Positions 13,441 to 26,139 of a stretch of DNA of 64,000 bases are shown here, one piece after another. The notes beneath the pieces are model-generated. The model was given only the letters and a program-made list of their open reading frames with translations, was not told the origin of the DNA and made no database searches. Location of the stretch: assembly GCA_040285855.1 (NCBI GenBank), contig JAUFOQ010000016.1, positions 124,001 to 188,000 of the forward strand, read 5' to 3'. Numbering within the stretch: position 1 is the first letter of the stretch; each line of letters opens with the position of its first letter. The stretch is from Eukaryota sp. GEM-RC1 (lineage: Eukaryota). The position numbers and the translations under genes are program-made.

Positions 13441-15264
13441 ATGACTCCCTTTGATGTCATTTGGGATACAGTTTCCAGCAGCTTACCCCCTGGTTCTCTT
13501 GAAGAGAATTCTACCAGACCGTTGTTTTATCCTGATCAACTTCAGTTTGTACAGAGAATTGTTGACTTTGTGTCTAGATTTGTATCGTATGAGGGTCTTC
13601 CGCCGCCACTTTTGATTGAAGATGACGATAGTTTACGTCATCTTTTGAGCTCTTTGTTGAGGCTAAGTCCGCCTATGATCAGTGTCTTTCTATATGTGAT
13701 GACTTGCTTAATCCAAAAGGATTATTCATTGAGTTCAGAATGTAGGTCAAGTTATTACTGATATGCTAATCACAGTCAATTGTCAGATGCAGCTCTCGCT
13801 TTAATTTTCAAATATTCCTTACTAAATATGTTAAATTCCCAACCCTTCGATCTTCTGCAAGTTCTGATCCATAACATCTCTCGTGTCAGTTCTCATTTCA
13901 GAACTCTCTTTCTTACCACTGCGTCTTCTCTTTCGCAAACATTCCCTTTTCCTATATCTTTACAAGACTCTCTCCCAATGGAACTTGCTACAAAACTGCC
14001 GTTTCTTTGTCTAATTCATACAAACTCATTGACTTTTGGGGACTTCTTGTTCACTGATCTGGTCTCTTCTTTGATTCTCTCGGACACTCCTTTAGAATTG
14101 GAAAGTGATGTGTTGTCTGTTTCTGGATTTCATCAACTACGCAAGTTATCACTGATTAATTCTGATGCTGTTATTAGATCAATTCTTGAAACAGTTAATG
14201 AACTCGAATTAGTTAAATCAAGTGTATCTGTTGAAACTGACCTGAATTCAGTTGATGTTTTAAAAATTGAAGATCCTGTTGAATTTTCGGGTTTAATACA
14301 TTTCCCAAATCTGTTAAATTTGACTGTTAATAATTACGTTTTGGATAATGCCGAGTCAGAACTTTTACATATACAGAAGTTTTCTCTGAGTCAGCTCTTC
14401 ATTTCTAACTGCTCTGCTGACGTCTCTATTGCCGTTTCCAATCTGATTAATGACCTCAGCATACTGAATTCTTCTGAAGTCAAGATTCTAACATCACCAA
14501 CAAACCTTGCAGTTGATAAGTTTTATTACTCATGTATATCTTTTCAACTAGTCCAACAGCTTTGTTTACTTTCTTCTGACTCTTTGGTTGTTAAAGGATT
14601 TCAAATAGAATTACCGTTACTAATTGAATTGAAATTGAAGAATTTTAAAACGACCGATTTTTTGATTTTTGATTCATTTTCTTGTAACAAATTGTCAACT
14701 CTTGAAATCATCAATTCCACACTAAATCTCATGTCCGAAGATTCACAGATGTCTGCTTCTTTGTCCTGTTTCCTTAATGTTTCTCTATTGAAGATTGACC
14801 ATTCATTGATCATTGCTTCATCTTCAAAAACTCCTTTTTCAAATGTTCGCGAACTTTCCATTAAGAATTTCAATTGGCAAAGGCTGTATCTGACTGACTT
14901 TCTGAGTTTTTGTCCAAATGTTAGTTTTTGGGTTATTGATATTACCGATTTGTTTTTCTTTTACGATTCTTTGATTCTTCTTCCAGAACTTTCATCCTCA
15001 ATTTCTTTATACTGCTGTTCTTCTCGTATTTCCAGAAGTATTTCTAATTGTTTACATCGACCAAAGATTCTGGCGAATTCTTTAGTTGAATTAATTAAAG
15101 AATTGATTGAAACAGGAGAAGTTCTACAAGCAGAAAGGTTTTTGAAACATTTAATTGACATGACAAGTTCTGCTTTGACTCACACACTCAACAATCAAGC
15201 CAGTCAATTACATTCCCAAATTACTTCATTGATGTCTAAATCAAATGATTTCTTTGAAGATTAA
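13441..15264 (+). CDS. Hypothetical Leu/Ser-rich (degenerate LRR-like) protein, possibly joined across a 30-nt intron
   Basis: ORFs 13405-13761 and 13780-15264 are in the same frame, separated by one TGA that lies inside a GT...AG 30-mer (13746-13775). Confidence 0.5.
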
Positions 15265-15359
15265 TCAATTTCATGGTGACGATGTCTCAGCTTTTTAAAG
15301 ATTGGTTTCCAAAAAATTCAAGAATAAAAACAATATAATACATTTACTTACAAAATCCA

Positions 15360-16003
15360 CTATTCATTAGATTCATCATTAACTATTTCTACACTAGCGA
15401 CAGCTTCTTCTTGTTCAGACACAGCTTTCTCATCAACAGTTGCAGGGTTTACCTCGGGAGATTCATCCACTTCATCTTCTTCTGGAACTTGTTCCTCCTC
15501 TTGTTCATCTTCTTCTGGAACTTGTACTTCCTCCTGTGGATTTTCCTCTTGTTCAGGTTCTTCAGTGGGTTCAGCTTCCTGTACATCTTCGACATTTTCA
15601 ACCAGTGTTTCTTCAACTGTGGGTGGGTCAATAGGTGCTGTATCAGAAGCATGAGATTCAGACTTTGATTTGTCATCGGAGATTTTACTTGAAGAGGAGG
15701 AAGAGTCGACCTGGAATCTAGAAAGACGATCGCCTAATTTGCCGACTGCACGTTGTGCTTTAGGGCTTTCAGCAGGTGTATCAACAGGAGATCCATGGGC
15801 AATCTCAGCATGTTGACAGTCACCACAGAGACCAGCCTTGAATGGATTCGCACGGAAAGCATTTGTAACACAACAGTCGCAGCCTGTATTGATCTTTTGT
15901 GCGTATCATAGTTATGATAACAGTCCCCACACTGCGATTTCTTAAAGAGATTGGGCTTGAATGTACCTTCACAACAGCACTTACAGTCTAGATTGACGTT
16001 CAT
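15360..16003 (-). CDS. Protein with two Cys/His motifs (C..F..N.FK...C..C.H) and an acidic tail; one frameshift near 15895
   Basis: CEGTFKPNLFKKSQCGDCYH, then in the next frame (not in the ORF track) CVVTNAFRANPFKAGLCGDCQH, then E-rich repeats ending at TAG 15360-15362. Confidence 0.65.
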
Positions 16004-16536
16004 AGAGTAAAGGAATGGTTTTGTTCTATCGTGTTGGCATCTAGCAATGAACCCCAGGGTTAGGGAGGGGTATAATTTGACACCTATGCTGACTTCTGTT
16101 GGACGTGTTTCCAATTACACACTACAGTTTCTACTGCATTGTGGTATACTGGTATATGTATTAAACTTCTGCAACCTGACCTAGACTGTAAAAGCATATA
16201 CTGTCGACCACTACTGTCGATTATGTTTCCCACACACTGTCTTTTTGTGAATTAGAATCATGCTTGAAGTGGGCTGTAATATGGGACTATTAAATATTTT
16301 AAGTCATTTATACATAGCTCGTAATCGAAGTCGAGGATATGACCAAAGTGAAACATAATGTGGGTTTTACTTTAACATGAACTGCTACTGTTAGTATTAG
16401 ACTTGAGTTCTCGGCAATATCATCATGCTCAATAAACTGAAAACTACATCGAACAATATAATTAAATTTAACCGAGAGTATCAGGAGAAGCAAAGGTATC
16501 CAACGTAACTAGAGGAATACACAAGTATGATGCAGC

Positions 16537-16896
16537 TTAAAGACCACCAAATGGAGGGATAAGATTCCTTTTGATTGTGTTTGTTTTTCCTAAAGGTTCA
16601 AGCTTCCCCACAATACGGTCCTTGAATCCGGGAAGCCGTAAAATGTTGATATAGCCATGAACCATGGCATATGACGATGTACAATCTCCCCCTGCAAATT
16701 TATTTATGCATTGGGATCCACCCTTGTGCTTTTCCACATATGTAGTAACATCAAACACGAGATTTCCAACTACCGTCCATATTCCAGTTTCGAGAGAGCT
16801 GTGTTGCCGCAATTCTTGGCGAGAAATGATGGGAAGACTCTGATAGTCGATATCATAAGCTGAGAACTGTTCATGTAATTTGGAGATGTGAAACAT
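16537..16896 (-). CDS. Cytochrome b5-like heme-binding protein
   Basis: WTVVGNLVFDVTTYVEKHKGG and AGGDCTSSYAMVHG, with both heme-ligand His residues present. Confidence 0.85.
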   Translation of the reverse strand: MFHISKLHEQFSAYDIDYQSLPIISRQELRQHSSLETGIWTVVGNLVFDVTTYVEKHKGGSQCINKFAGGDCTSSYAMVHGYINILRLPGFKDRIVGKLEPLGKTNTIKRNLIPPFGGL

Positions 16897-16989
16897 TGCA
16901 ACAAGAAGAAAAATTGGTTTGAAAAATCCAACCAAAAGTCTCCTCAAAAGTCAGACAATGGATGATTTTTCTTTTACAATCTTCACAAA

Positions 16990-18200
16990 GATTTCAAGTA
17001 ATGATGTAGCAGACTAAAAAATACAGATTGGTACAACACGTAATTCGAGGTATGAAGCCGAATTCAATAGTTTGAATTCAGCACGACAATTTTCCATTTT
17101 TAATTTTTTCAAAAGTCACCAGAGGGTCTTTAGTATTAGATTTAGCAGGTTTCTTGTTGGAACCATTACAAACATCGAACATCCGGAATAATGGAAAATC
17201 CATCGAGACCAGGAGATATCACATCACCACGGCTATTTCCAAACGATTAAATTCAACGTGTGCCACCCTTACAATGTACATATGATAGATCAAACAATAT
17301 TATTTCATAATTTTAGGTGTATCCTCTGTTTTCTCAGTTTGGTAAGGGATCGAATTGAATAACATGTACGTGTTCTATGTAAGCATTACTATATTGAATA
17401 ATCCATGGAATTTTCACCAAAAGTATTTTTTAGTATATTTCATTGACAACAACACTACAGTACATACATCTATTAATCAATATCCTCAAAGTCCAGATAA
17501 TCTGGCCTACCTTATCCTCATAGTGTCTGCCAAGAGACAATAAAGCGCTAGATACAGAAGTCAACATACTTTTAAAGATAGCAAACACAATTCGGTTTCA
17601 TAAATATCAGCCACTTCCACAGCGACCTTTTTTAACAATTCAAGGGGACAAATAATAGAAATATCATCTGTATAGCCAACTATCTTAAGGTCTGGGGTTT
17701 GAAATACACAAAAGTCACGAATAGCCAAACAAAAGAAAAGAGGACCAATCTCCTTGTTTAACACCATACATAGATTTAAATGAATATGAATCATAAATTA
17801 AATCGCTTGGTTTTCCATAAAATAAATAACAGTAAGACGTCAACTCAGGAAAGTCTTTTTCAACAGCAGCAAAAACAGACTTACGACTAACTGAATTCAA
17901 CGCATTTTTGAGATTAAGATTAAAAATGAAAGTATCATAATGTGAATTGAAAAACAAATCTGATGTTAAGGTAGCAACAGAAGATCCATCGATTGTCTTA
18001 ATTCCAAACTGAAACGGAGGCAAGAGCGACCCGCTTTATCGACCACTCGATTAAACACAATTGAAGCGATAAAAAGAAAGAAAAAGTGATTCTCCAACTG
18101 CAATTGGACGGATTCATCAGAATGATCTGAAACCGAAATTGAAAATTCCAACTCCTAGACTTCCCCAATCTATCTAGTGATCTAAACAGGTCCTCCACTA
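16990..18200 (-). mobile_element. Degenerate non-LTR retrotransposon (CRE/SLACS-like RT plus endonuclease remnant)
   Basis: PFQFGI, LNLKNALNSVSR, GVKQGD, PLFFCLAI and GYTDDISI across broken frames. An RGDVISPGLDG...DV REL-like remnant lies at ~17100-17245. Confidence 0.75.
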
Positions 18201-18225
18201 CTTGTCATTTGTTAACTTATTCATA

Positions 18226-19471
18226 ATGAAAAAAAAGGGTTCTAAAGGCAAAAAGTCTTCTAAAGGGAAGAAATCCAGCAAAGGAAAGAAAGGATCAAAG
18301 GGGAAAAAGGCTGTTAAAACAGACCCTTCTCTAGGTCTGCTTGATGAACATGGAAGAGACCTCAGTACACAACTTACATTCCTTCGACGTACATACTGCT
18401 CTAACTGCTTTCAATGCTTCACTTATCCGAATACCGATGTTATTGACCAAATCTCTTCTTGTCTAGAAACTCAAACTCCTTTCCACAACCTTATCATACC
18501 TTCACCTCTTTACAGGGAGGGATCTGAAGCCCTGTTCAACTCCTTAACCCACTGGCAGCACCTTCAGTCGATATCAATATGGAAAGCTTCTCTGCAGGAT
18601 CTGGGTACCTATCATTTGTCTAACTTCCTTGCTCATAACTGTACTGTCACGTACCTTGATCTCAGTAGTAATAACCTCAACATTGGTGCCTGTGAAGCCC
18701 TGGGATCCTGCCTAAATGATCTAAACTCTACTCTAAAAGAGCTCATCCTTGATTACAATCCTATTGGGGATTCTGGTCTTTGCTCTCTAATCCATCATTT
18801 AAGAATGAACGTATCAATCAAAAAACTTTCCATGCGGTATTGCGACATTGGAAACATTGGAGGAATCATCATTGGAAGAGATCTTCTTGGGGAAGATAGC
18901 AGTTCAACAATAGAAGAACTGAATCTACAAGGGAATGAGGTCGGTGTGCCAGGGATTCTGTCCATTGGAGATTCTTTGGCTTATAACACTACATTGACTA
19001 AGTTAATTGTTTCTGATAGCTCCTTGTCTTCAGATGTTGCTGTTTTTCAGGTGTTTTGTACTAATGCTGTTAAATGCGAACCATTGAAGCATATAGATTT
19101 ATCTGGAACAGAAATTGGTCCTGAAAGTGGCTCCGAATTTATTTTGTTGGCTGGAAACAAAGAAGAATCTAGTTTATTTGGCTCTGCCTCACCATGTTGG
19201 TAAAGTTGTTCTCAAAGCTGTGGCTGAACATATCAGTAAAAATGTTGGAGCAACAAAGAAAAGTAAGGGTAAGAAAGGGAAAAAAGGAAAAACAGGCGCC
19301 AAGAAAAGAAAAAGTGATTTTGCATTATTATTTAAGCTACATTGTACGATATTGTATTTATATCCATTTTTGATTGTCTTTGTTCTTTCAGGAAAATTCA
19401 ATTTTTTTAAAAATATTCATCATTTCAATCGAATACACAGTCCTAGTATTAGAATAGAAGACCATCAATAA
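18226..19471 (+). CDS. LRR protein with Lys/Gly-rich termini (frameshift near 19140; true stop may be ~19317)
   Basis: RNI-like repeats (LDLSSNNL, LILDYNPIGDSG, LNLQGNEVG) with KKGSKGKK-type tracts at both ends. Confidence 0.7.
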
Positions 19472-19604
19472 AAATGTTCAATAGAAACATTGTCCCTAAA
19501 TTCAAAATTAGATCACCCTTTTTCCAAAAATAAAACCAGCAAATATTTCAGATTTGCAATGAAAATTTGGTTGAATTTTCAATAAATTAATTGCCACAAA
19601 GCAA

Positions 19605-21844
19605 TCATACCAAAAGACCAGAAACTTCGGTAATTGTCCTTTTAATTCTGAAGAATTCCTTAGAAAATGGCCCATCAACCGCAAACGCCTTCTCATCACG
19701 GCCATTCTTAGCTTTCTTCACTGTAAACTCTCCATTACTAGTCACCACTTTACAAACACCCTTGGAAACACTACAGGTATACCCAAACTTCTTCAGTTTA
19801 TCGGCAATCGTAACCACTTCCCCTGAGCTACTCTTGTTAGAAAGTAGCAGGGACTTTCTATAGGAAGGGAAAGGAGCTGCTAGAAGTGATGCTAGTCCTG
19901 TCATTTTATCAAGAGTAACATCGGGAACAATGGCAGCTATGGGGTGGGGAGGGTGGAAGAGATCAAAGACGGGCTCATCAGAAGGGATTATGACTGGTAC
20001 TGGGGGTTGATTGATTGGGATTATGACCTGGTCTTGATCAGTTTCTGGACTAATGACGTCTGTTATTGATGACGTGATTTGTTCAGTCAATCGATGACGA
20101 TCTTGTAATGGAGAAAAGGCAACTGCAAGAAATTTAGGATCCTTTTGTTGATAAAAGACAAAAATCCTTTCAAATCCAGATTAGATTCAAAATCAATCAA
20201 TTCTGATTGGCAATTAATCATGAAACTGACACTACTCTTAGTGGGGATCAGTGGGATATCTTCTAATTCCTCGGCAGTTTCATCCTCCTTTTGGGCAACT
20301 GCAGCAATCTCATGATGAGCCAGACAGTTAATGAACTGTTTAATATCAGTGATTAGACCAAAATCATCGGAGTCATTCAAAACTGAGAAATGACTTGGAA
20401 AAACCATTTTGCCATCAAAAACATCAATAGGACCAGCATTTGGTCTGATTAGAGAATCAATTTGACTGATTGCTTGACTGTCAGCCACTGATTCCGTGAT
20501 CTCTTCTTCCATTGGTTGATTCAATGACGATTCTTCGATTTGCTCGGACTTCCACTTCTGTAAAGCTTCTCCAGAAATAGGTTGCAACTGCCAGATTTCC
20601 AAAGATATCTCTTGGCTAGACTTAGAATGAATTAACCCACCTAAATCAAATAATTGTTGTTCACCAGTAAAAAGAATTAAATTTTTTGGATCTTGTACAA
20701 ACTTCACTAGTAGTGGTAATCCGATGGAGAATTTTAAATCATTTGTGGAATTACAGTTAATCAGAATAGATGACTGACTGTCATCAAACTCGTCAACTGA
20801 TTGGATTGGAATGATATGTTTGAATTCCAAAGGATTCCGCTGATATCGCTCAAAATTAGCAATCAAATGGGGTCCAAAATCAAACAGCAAAGCCTGTACA
20901 AACATCACGACATAATGAGCTACAGGAGATAAAAGATAAATAGAAAGTCGCTTTTTTGGGCCTTTGCGAATTATTTGGTCATAATTACTTTCTAAAATCG
21001 CCATAATTTCAATAACTCGCATAGAAATATCAGAATTAATTAGAACTTTACCACCACCACTTAAAATTTCAATAATACTGTTAACCAAAGAAGAATCCCT
21101 TTGCTTACGTGGCTGTAAAGGCTCAAAAGACACGTCACCACCAGTCAAAATAAACGATGGATTTTGACCTAAATTCCCTGTATCATCTGGTACAAGAGTT
21201 TTCTCTCCTCTATGAGTCAGTACTGGGGCATAGATGATGCCACCTGTACATTGAGGAGGAGATAGAGACTGAATGACACGTTCCCTTGAAGAAGGACAAG
21301 AGATGGTGTAGCCATTAGGAGTAACTGTCCACAGGGCAGCCCCGGGGTATACCCCGGCTCTAGACGGACATATAGAAACAAAAACAGTCTTTGTAAAGAG
21401 AGCTGTGTGTTCACCAAAGACAACAGTGGTGAGTCTAGAGAGCGAGAAACAGGCATCAACAGAGTCTAGAGAGTATGGAGCGGTAGCATTACGGGTGTGG
21501 AAGGCGATCTGAAGAGAGTATAGATTCAGGAGGGCTAGTTTAGAGGCTGCTGGAGTGATAAATATGGGGCCAATGTATCCGAGGTCATTTAGTATGGGAA
21601 GACCGCCACAGTGATTAGAGTGAGGAGAAGATATGATCACGGCATCTATCTTGGCAGAGTATGTGCTTAGAATGGATCGGACTTGAGCATCATATTCATG
21701 ACTCCATCCACAATCTAAAAGAATGAAATATTCAGCCAGCGAGAGGAGTGAAGCGATGGGTCCGCCATTTGTACCATAAAGAAACTTTACTGTAGTAGGC
21801 GTACTGCCTATGAGTTCACTGGTGGAAAAAGCTAATGGTTCCAT
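19605..21844 (-). CDS. CPSF2: Cleavage and polyadenylation specificity factor 100 kDa subunit (frameshift near 20145)
   Basis: ILLDCGW, IDAVIISSPHSNHCGGLP (degenerate HxHxDH), beta-CASP region GGKVLI...RVIEI, NLILFT, IDFES, and a C-terminal GPFSKEFFRIK. Confidence 0.8.
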
Positions 21845-21871
21845 TTTGAAAAGAATTTGGTTGAACAATAA

Positions 21872-21887
21872 CTACTACTAGTAGTAG
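21872..21887. promoter_or_regulatory. Perfect 16-bp palindrome in the CPSF2/TFIIA divergent intergenic region
   Basis: CTACTACTAGTAGTAG sits centrally between the ATGs at 21844 (-) and 21919 (+), flanked by two copies of GAAAAGAATTTG. Confidence 0.4.
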
Positions 21888-21918
21888 AAAAGAATTTGAT
21901 TGTACAATTTACGATACC

Positions 21919-22677
21919 ATGCTTGATGCCTTTGTAATGTATCCTCTTCTTGTCAACGATGTTATATCGAGTCTGACACCTGCTTTTCGTAATGAAGGAG
22001 TTTCTGAAGATGTTCTACATCAGCTAAGAGAACGATGGCTGTCTAAAATACATGAACACAAACGACAGCAAACAGGATTAGACAGATATACACTTCCCAC
22101 TCTTCCTCCTGGAGCTGTACCACTTACCTTACCAGTATCTCGTGGTATGTATGGTTTTCCTACAAATGTCCACGCTGTCCCTATGCAAAACATGAGCTAT
22201 CTGGGGAGTTATCAACAGTCGGTTTCAGCTCCTCGTGACGTGCTGGGCATGTTCGCATCTGATTCAACACAAGTGGACAATCCACAGACAGAAACACCTC
22301 CAACTAAGGTGGTAAAGAAGGACGAATCGTCTTCCTCTACTTTTGCCTCTGCACTCCCTGCTGATAGAGCTGCAACAAGACAACTTACCAAAAGATCATC
22401 AGAGTCAGTTCCACTGCCACCATCAGTTACTTCTGAACAATTAGCAGCATTAGAACCTGTTTCAGATGATTCTGACCTATCCGAGATTGAAGATCAAGAA
22501 GCACCAGCTACAACTAACGTAATAATATGTCTTTATGAATCTGTTGAGAAGAAGCAGTCGAAAGCTACTCCAAAGTATAAAATGACCCTATTGAATGGTC
22601 TGGGGGAGATTGAGGGACGGGATGTTTATTTTTCCCGAGCTTCTGGTGAAGGAAGATTGGGCGGCAAGAAAAAGTAG
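21919..22677 (+). CDS. TOA1/GTF2A1: Transcription factor IIA large (alpha/beta) subunit
   Basis: N-terminal YPLLVNDVI...FRNEGVSEDVLHQLRERW and C-terminal NVIICLYESV...KYKMTLLNG...GRDVYFSRASGE, with an acidic linker. Confidence 0.88.
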   Translation: MLDAFVMYPLLVNDVISSLTPAFRNEGVSEDVLHQLRERWLSKIHEHKRQQTGLDRYTLPTLPPGAVPLTLPVSRGMYGFPTNVHAVPMQNMSYLGSYQQSVSAPRDVLGMFASDSTQVDNPQTETPPTKVVKKDESSSSTFASALPADRAATRQLTKRSSESVPLPPSVTSEQLAALEPVSDDSDLSEIEDQEAPATTNVIICLYESVEKKQSKATPKYKMTLLNGLGEIEGRDVYFSRASGEGRLGGKKK

Positions 22678-23209
22678 GGGAATGTTTTGTATATGATGTT
22701 TAGTTTGTCCCGTTGTTTTTGAGACAATTAGCTTTCAATCAAACGATTGCACGTGCAACAAATGTATTTCCACCATTCAATACAGGAAATATACAACTCT
22801 CATTTTTAAGTGCTGTACGGTCTTCAAACAAGGTTTACTACAAAAAACCAACAATCATAGTTTTTCCAGACTCTTTGAAATACCAGTCAGGAATCGACAA
22901 AAACATCATTGCTCTATGAGGAAAAAAACGATATGAAATTAAGAGTCATGCCCAAAATTGAGTGGGAATACAGTATATACAATGTATATTATACATGTAT
23001 GTGAAATCAGTATTTTTGGCATATAAAATATATTATAGTAAAATAAGCTCTTGTATAATAGTATGTAAGAGTTTATTTGCAATAATAAAGTAATACATAG
23101 TCATTCAGAAAATGGAAGAAAATTAACTGTCCACATCAACACGAGAATTATCCCTAAACAACTTCGAATAAATTGAACTTAAATAGATCCATCAATCAAA
23201 ACAAAACCA

Positions 23210-23460
23210 TTAAAGACCTCGCCAAACCGACATAAACACTAAAATTGGAGAAAAATTTTTTAAACCTACTGCAATATCATTATCAAAAATTGAAATCGCA
23301 AATGCAACAAATGAATACTTGCAAAATAAGTTTTCTTTGAACTTCTGCAAAGATTCTTCAAAATGTGAAAGATCATAGATCAGTAGAGACTCACGGCTCA
23401 AGTTAGGGTGTTGATACAATTTTTGTGTTCTACTATAATCTTTCAGTTTACATAACAATT
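23210..23460 (-). pseudogene. Probable 3' remnant of a CRE-like REL endonuclease
   Basis: KY-SFVAFAISIF resembles the post-PD..D/ExK segment and parallels ELFLFAVS in 24827-25255. Confidence 0.3.
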
Positions 23461-23519
23461 TCCACCCAGAATGCTTGACGTAGAACAGTACATTAATGTT
23501 ATGGTATAAATAATAAACC

Positions 23520-23790
23520 CCGGCTTGAAATGATGAACTGGAAATACCATTATAGCATCAAATACCTAAGCAATACTTTAAAAAGGCAAATGACAACATT
23601 CCTCTCCAATAACTTGTGTTAAAATTCTGTCCATTCTGCTCACACAATTGGCTAAAAGATGTCTTGGTGTTGATGTTAGGTAGAGCTTTTGGTTTCTCCT
23701 TAATTCAATTTGATAGTTTTCTTTAAATGTGTTGAAGGTCAAAACGTCCCAAATGACTAATTCAACTTCATTGAGCATACTGTCATCAGC
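23520..23790 (-). pseudogene. PIF1/Helitron-type helicase relic
   Basis: LNEVELVIWD (cf. LIIWDE) ... MDRILTQV ... LPF (cf. PFGGK), followed by stops. Confidence 0.4.
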
Positions 23791-24020
23791 AGAGTATTTA
23801 TAGAACCCAAAACATTTGACGGAATCCCCTTTGTTCTCTAATCTAAATAAGAGGCTTGTTTGATGATGCGCAAAGCAAAGTGAGACTTATAAGTGTACAT
23901 TGTAGCTGTTCGATAGCAGCTAGAGGTATACATATTCGGAAAGACATTAATTGTTGACACGTGTTTTGCTATCACTTACCCAATTCTATTGTATAATGAT
24001 TCATTCTACCCTTGTTTTGT

Positions 24021-24465
24021 TATGGATCGTCAATTCTTCCTTCTATTGATCTTCATTAGCCTTGCGTTAGCTGGTTGTCGCTCATCCAGATACAGTCCCA
24101 TGGACCGGTGTCACTGTTGGTGTCAAACACAGGCCCGTGAAAACGATCTTCCAAGTGGTTTGATATCGTATTTACACTGACTCTCAGGAGCCACTTGCAG
24201 CTACGTTGATGGAGGAGTGCATAAGAAGTACTGTGGCCTTTGTTCTCCTTGGTTGAGTGGATCAGAACTTGATGAACTTCACTTTGGTGCAGACGCTACA
24301 TTCATGACAGATGAAATCAATTTGTTTCCTGTCACAAGATCTAAATGTGCTGGAGGTTGTGACCGTTACGTTGGATACCATGGGTCTCAATCAGATTGTA
24401 TGAACTGGGCGAAACAGTATTTTGAACACTTTCTTCCAAGAACTTGGTATGTTTCAAACGGATAG
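24021..24465 (+). CDS. Small secreted Cys-rich protein with one 30-nt intron (24158-24187)
   Basis: Signal peptide MDRQFFLLLIFISLALAG and about 10 Cys. Removing GTTTGA...ACTGACTCTCAG deletes the only in-frame stop. Confidence 0.7.
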
Positions 24466-24779
24466 AACTTACTATAGGAACGTGCGTTTTGTTCCAAGAT
24501 CTTTCTATAACCCTAGAATGTCTCCTGGGCATTGTTCTGTAAGTGGCCGAATGGATCCTTGTTCTGATCCCTTGTAAATAAATTTGTTGCTGACAATAAA
24601 ACTAATTTATTATTTTTGCATTTTATTTATTACACATGTAATAGATCAAACAACTAAATTTTGATATCATTAAAACAACACCCGTCGCTATCAAATCTTA
24701 CAACAGCTTTGTCTTCATAAAAAGAACTCACTGTAATAAAGCTTTGGAGATCATTAGGGGAATTCTTCTAAAAATAGTT

Positions 24780-25460
24780 AAAACGATCCGATTCAACCAT
24801 AACATATGATCAAACGTTTGTTCATCCTATTTATCACGATATTTGCAAAGTCGTTTGAAAATTTCAATGTACTTTTTCCTGACCGTCAGTAAATTGGAAA
24901 CAGCAAAAAGGAATAATTCGTATTCAGCATGTTTTACATGTTTTAAAGCCATAAATGGTTTCTTGTTCTTATCTTGTTTGGTTTGTTCAGAAATGTCTAA
25001 AGGGAAAGTGTCAGAGTAAGCGTTCTTTAAAGATGTCTTTTTACAAACATCCACTGACACTTCATCAACAACAAACAATTTATCTGCAGAAGAAGGGACA
25101 ACAATATCTGCTCTCCGTTTACCAAAAAATTGGTTCTGTTTTTCGACATTAGAATTGTTATTTGGTTCTAAAGATCTTAGAAGTGGTTCAACAAATGATT
25201 CAATTTTGTAAAACTTACACATAGCATGTATTTGACCTCTTCCAGCATCATGCATACAGATTACAACTTAAAAAATGAGAAAACGTTAATTGTTTCCCAC
25301 AGAAACATTGAAGATCATTTGGCAAATTGTATGGCCATAATTGACAACAAAAAAGTCTCGTTGTAGTGGTCCAGTGATGAGTATTTACTAGTATGAATAA
25401 ACCATATACTTGTGGAATTTGATTGATTAATGCCACAGCAGAACTCTCCTTCAAATCAAT
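24780..25460 (-). mobile_element. Degenerate non-LTR retrotransposon 3' part (CCHC plus restriction-like endonuclease, CRE-like)
   Basis: CFCGKQLTFSHFLSC, then HD, VEPLL, RRADIVV...VVD and SEQTKQDK, the REL motif order. Confidence 0.75.
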
Positions 25461-26139
25461 TAGAAAATTTGACCGAGCTATGACGAACTCTTAAAACTAC
25501 ACTTTCAAAATCTTTTAATAAATGATTTTGTAGCTTCTTTAAAGCAAATTTTAAAGACAAAATCTTTCGACTTGGAATATAGAAATGTAATCATTAGTCT
25601 AACAGAAGACTATATTCCAGCAAAGCGAAATGAGAAATACAGCACATGTGCAGTACTGCAGTAGCCATCATGTAAACGTCATCATATCCACGTAACTAAC
25701 TTCATTCGTTAATATTGATGATAATCTTCATTTGTATGATTAAATAGCCGGCGTTTTCCATAACTAAGTAAATGTTTCGTTCCATAAACAGACATTATAG
25801 ATAATTGTTAGGTAAGGTGTTTGGTGAAGTAACACATAAAAGCAAAGTTTTTAAATCATAATGTAGATTACTGACCCAGTTCCAATTAATGTGCGTAAAT
25901 ACTAGCGTTGGTATATTTTAGACAATTAGGTGAAAGGGCTTCTTTGATGTTACAAAGAAGCCCATAAGATATGAATGAAATACAGTACACCGAATTAAAT
26001 TCTTTTTGGAGATTCATCCGCTTGTGAAAATTAAATTCACACCAATGTAATTTCTGAAATCCAATTTTTTTGTCCCTATCTATTATTCTAAATAACAAAC
26101 ACCAATCAATTTACATACAAATAGTTTTATAAATTACAA

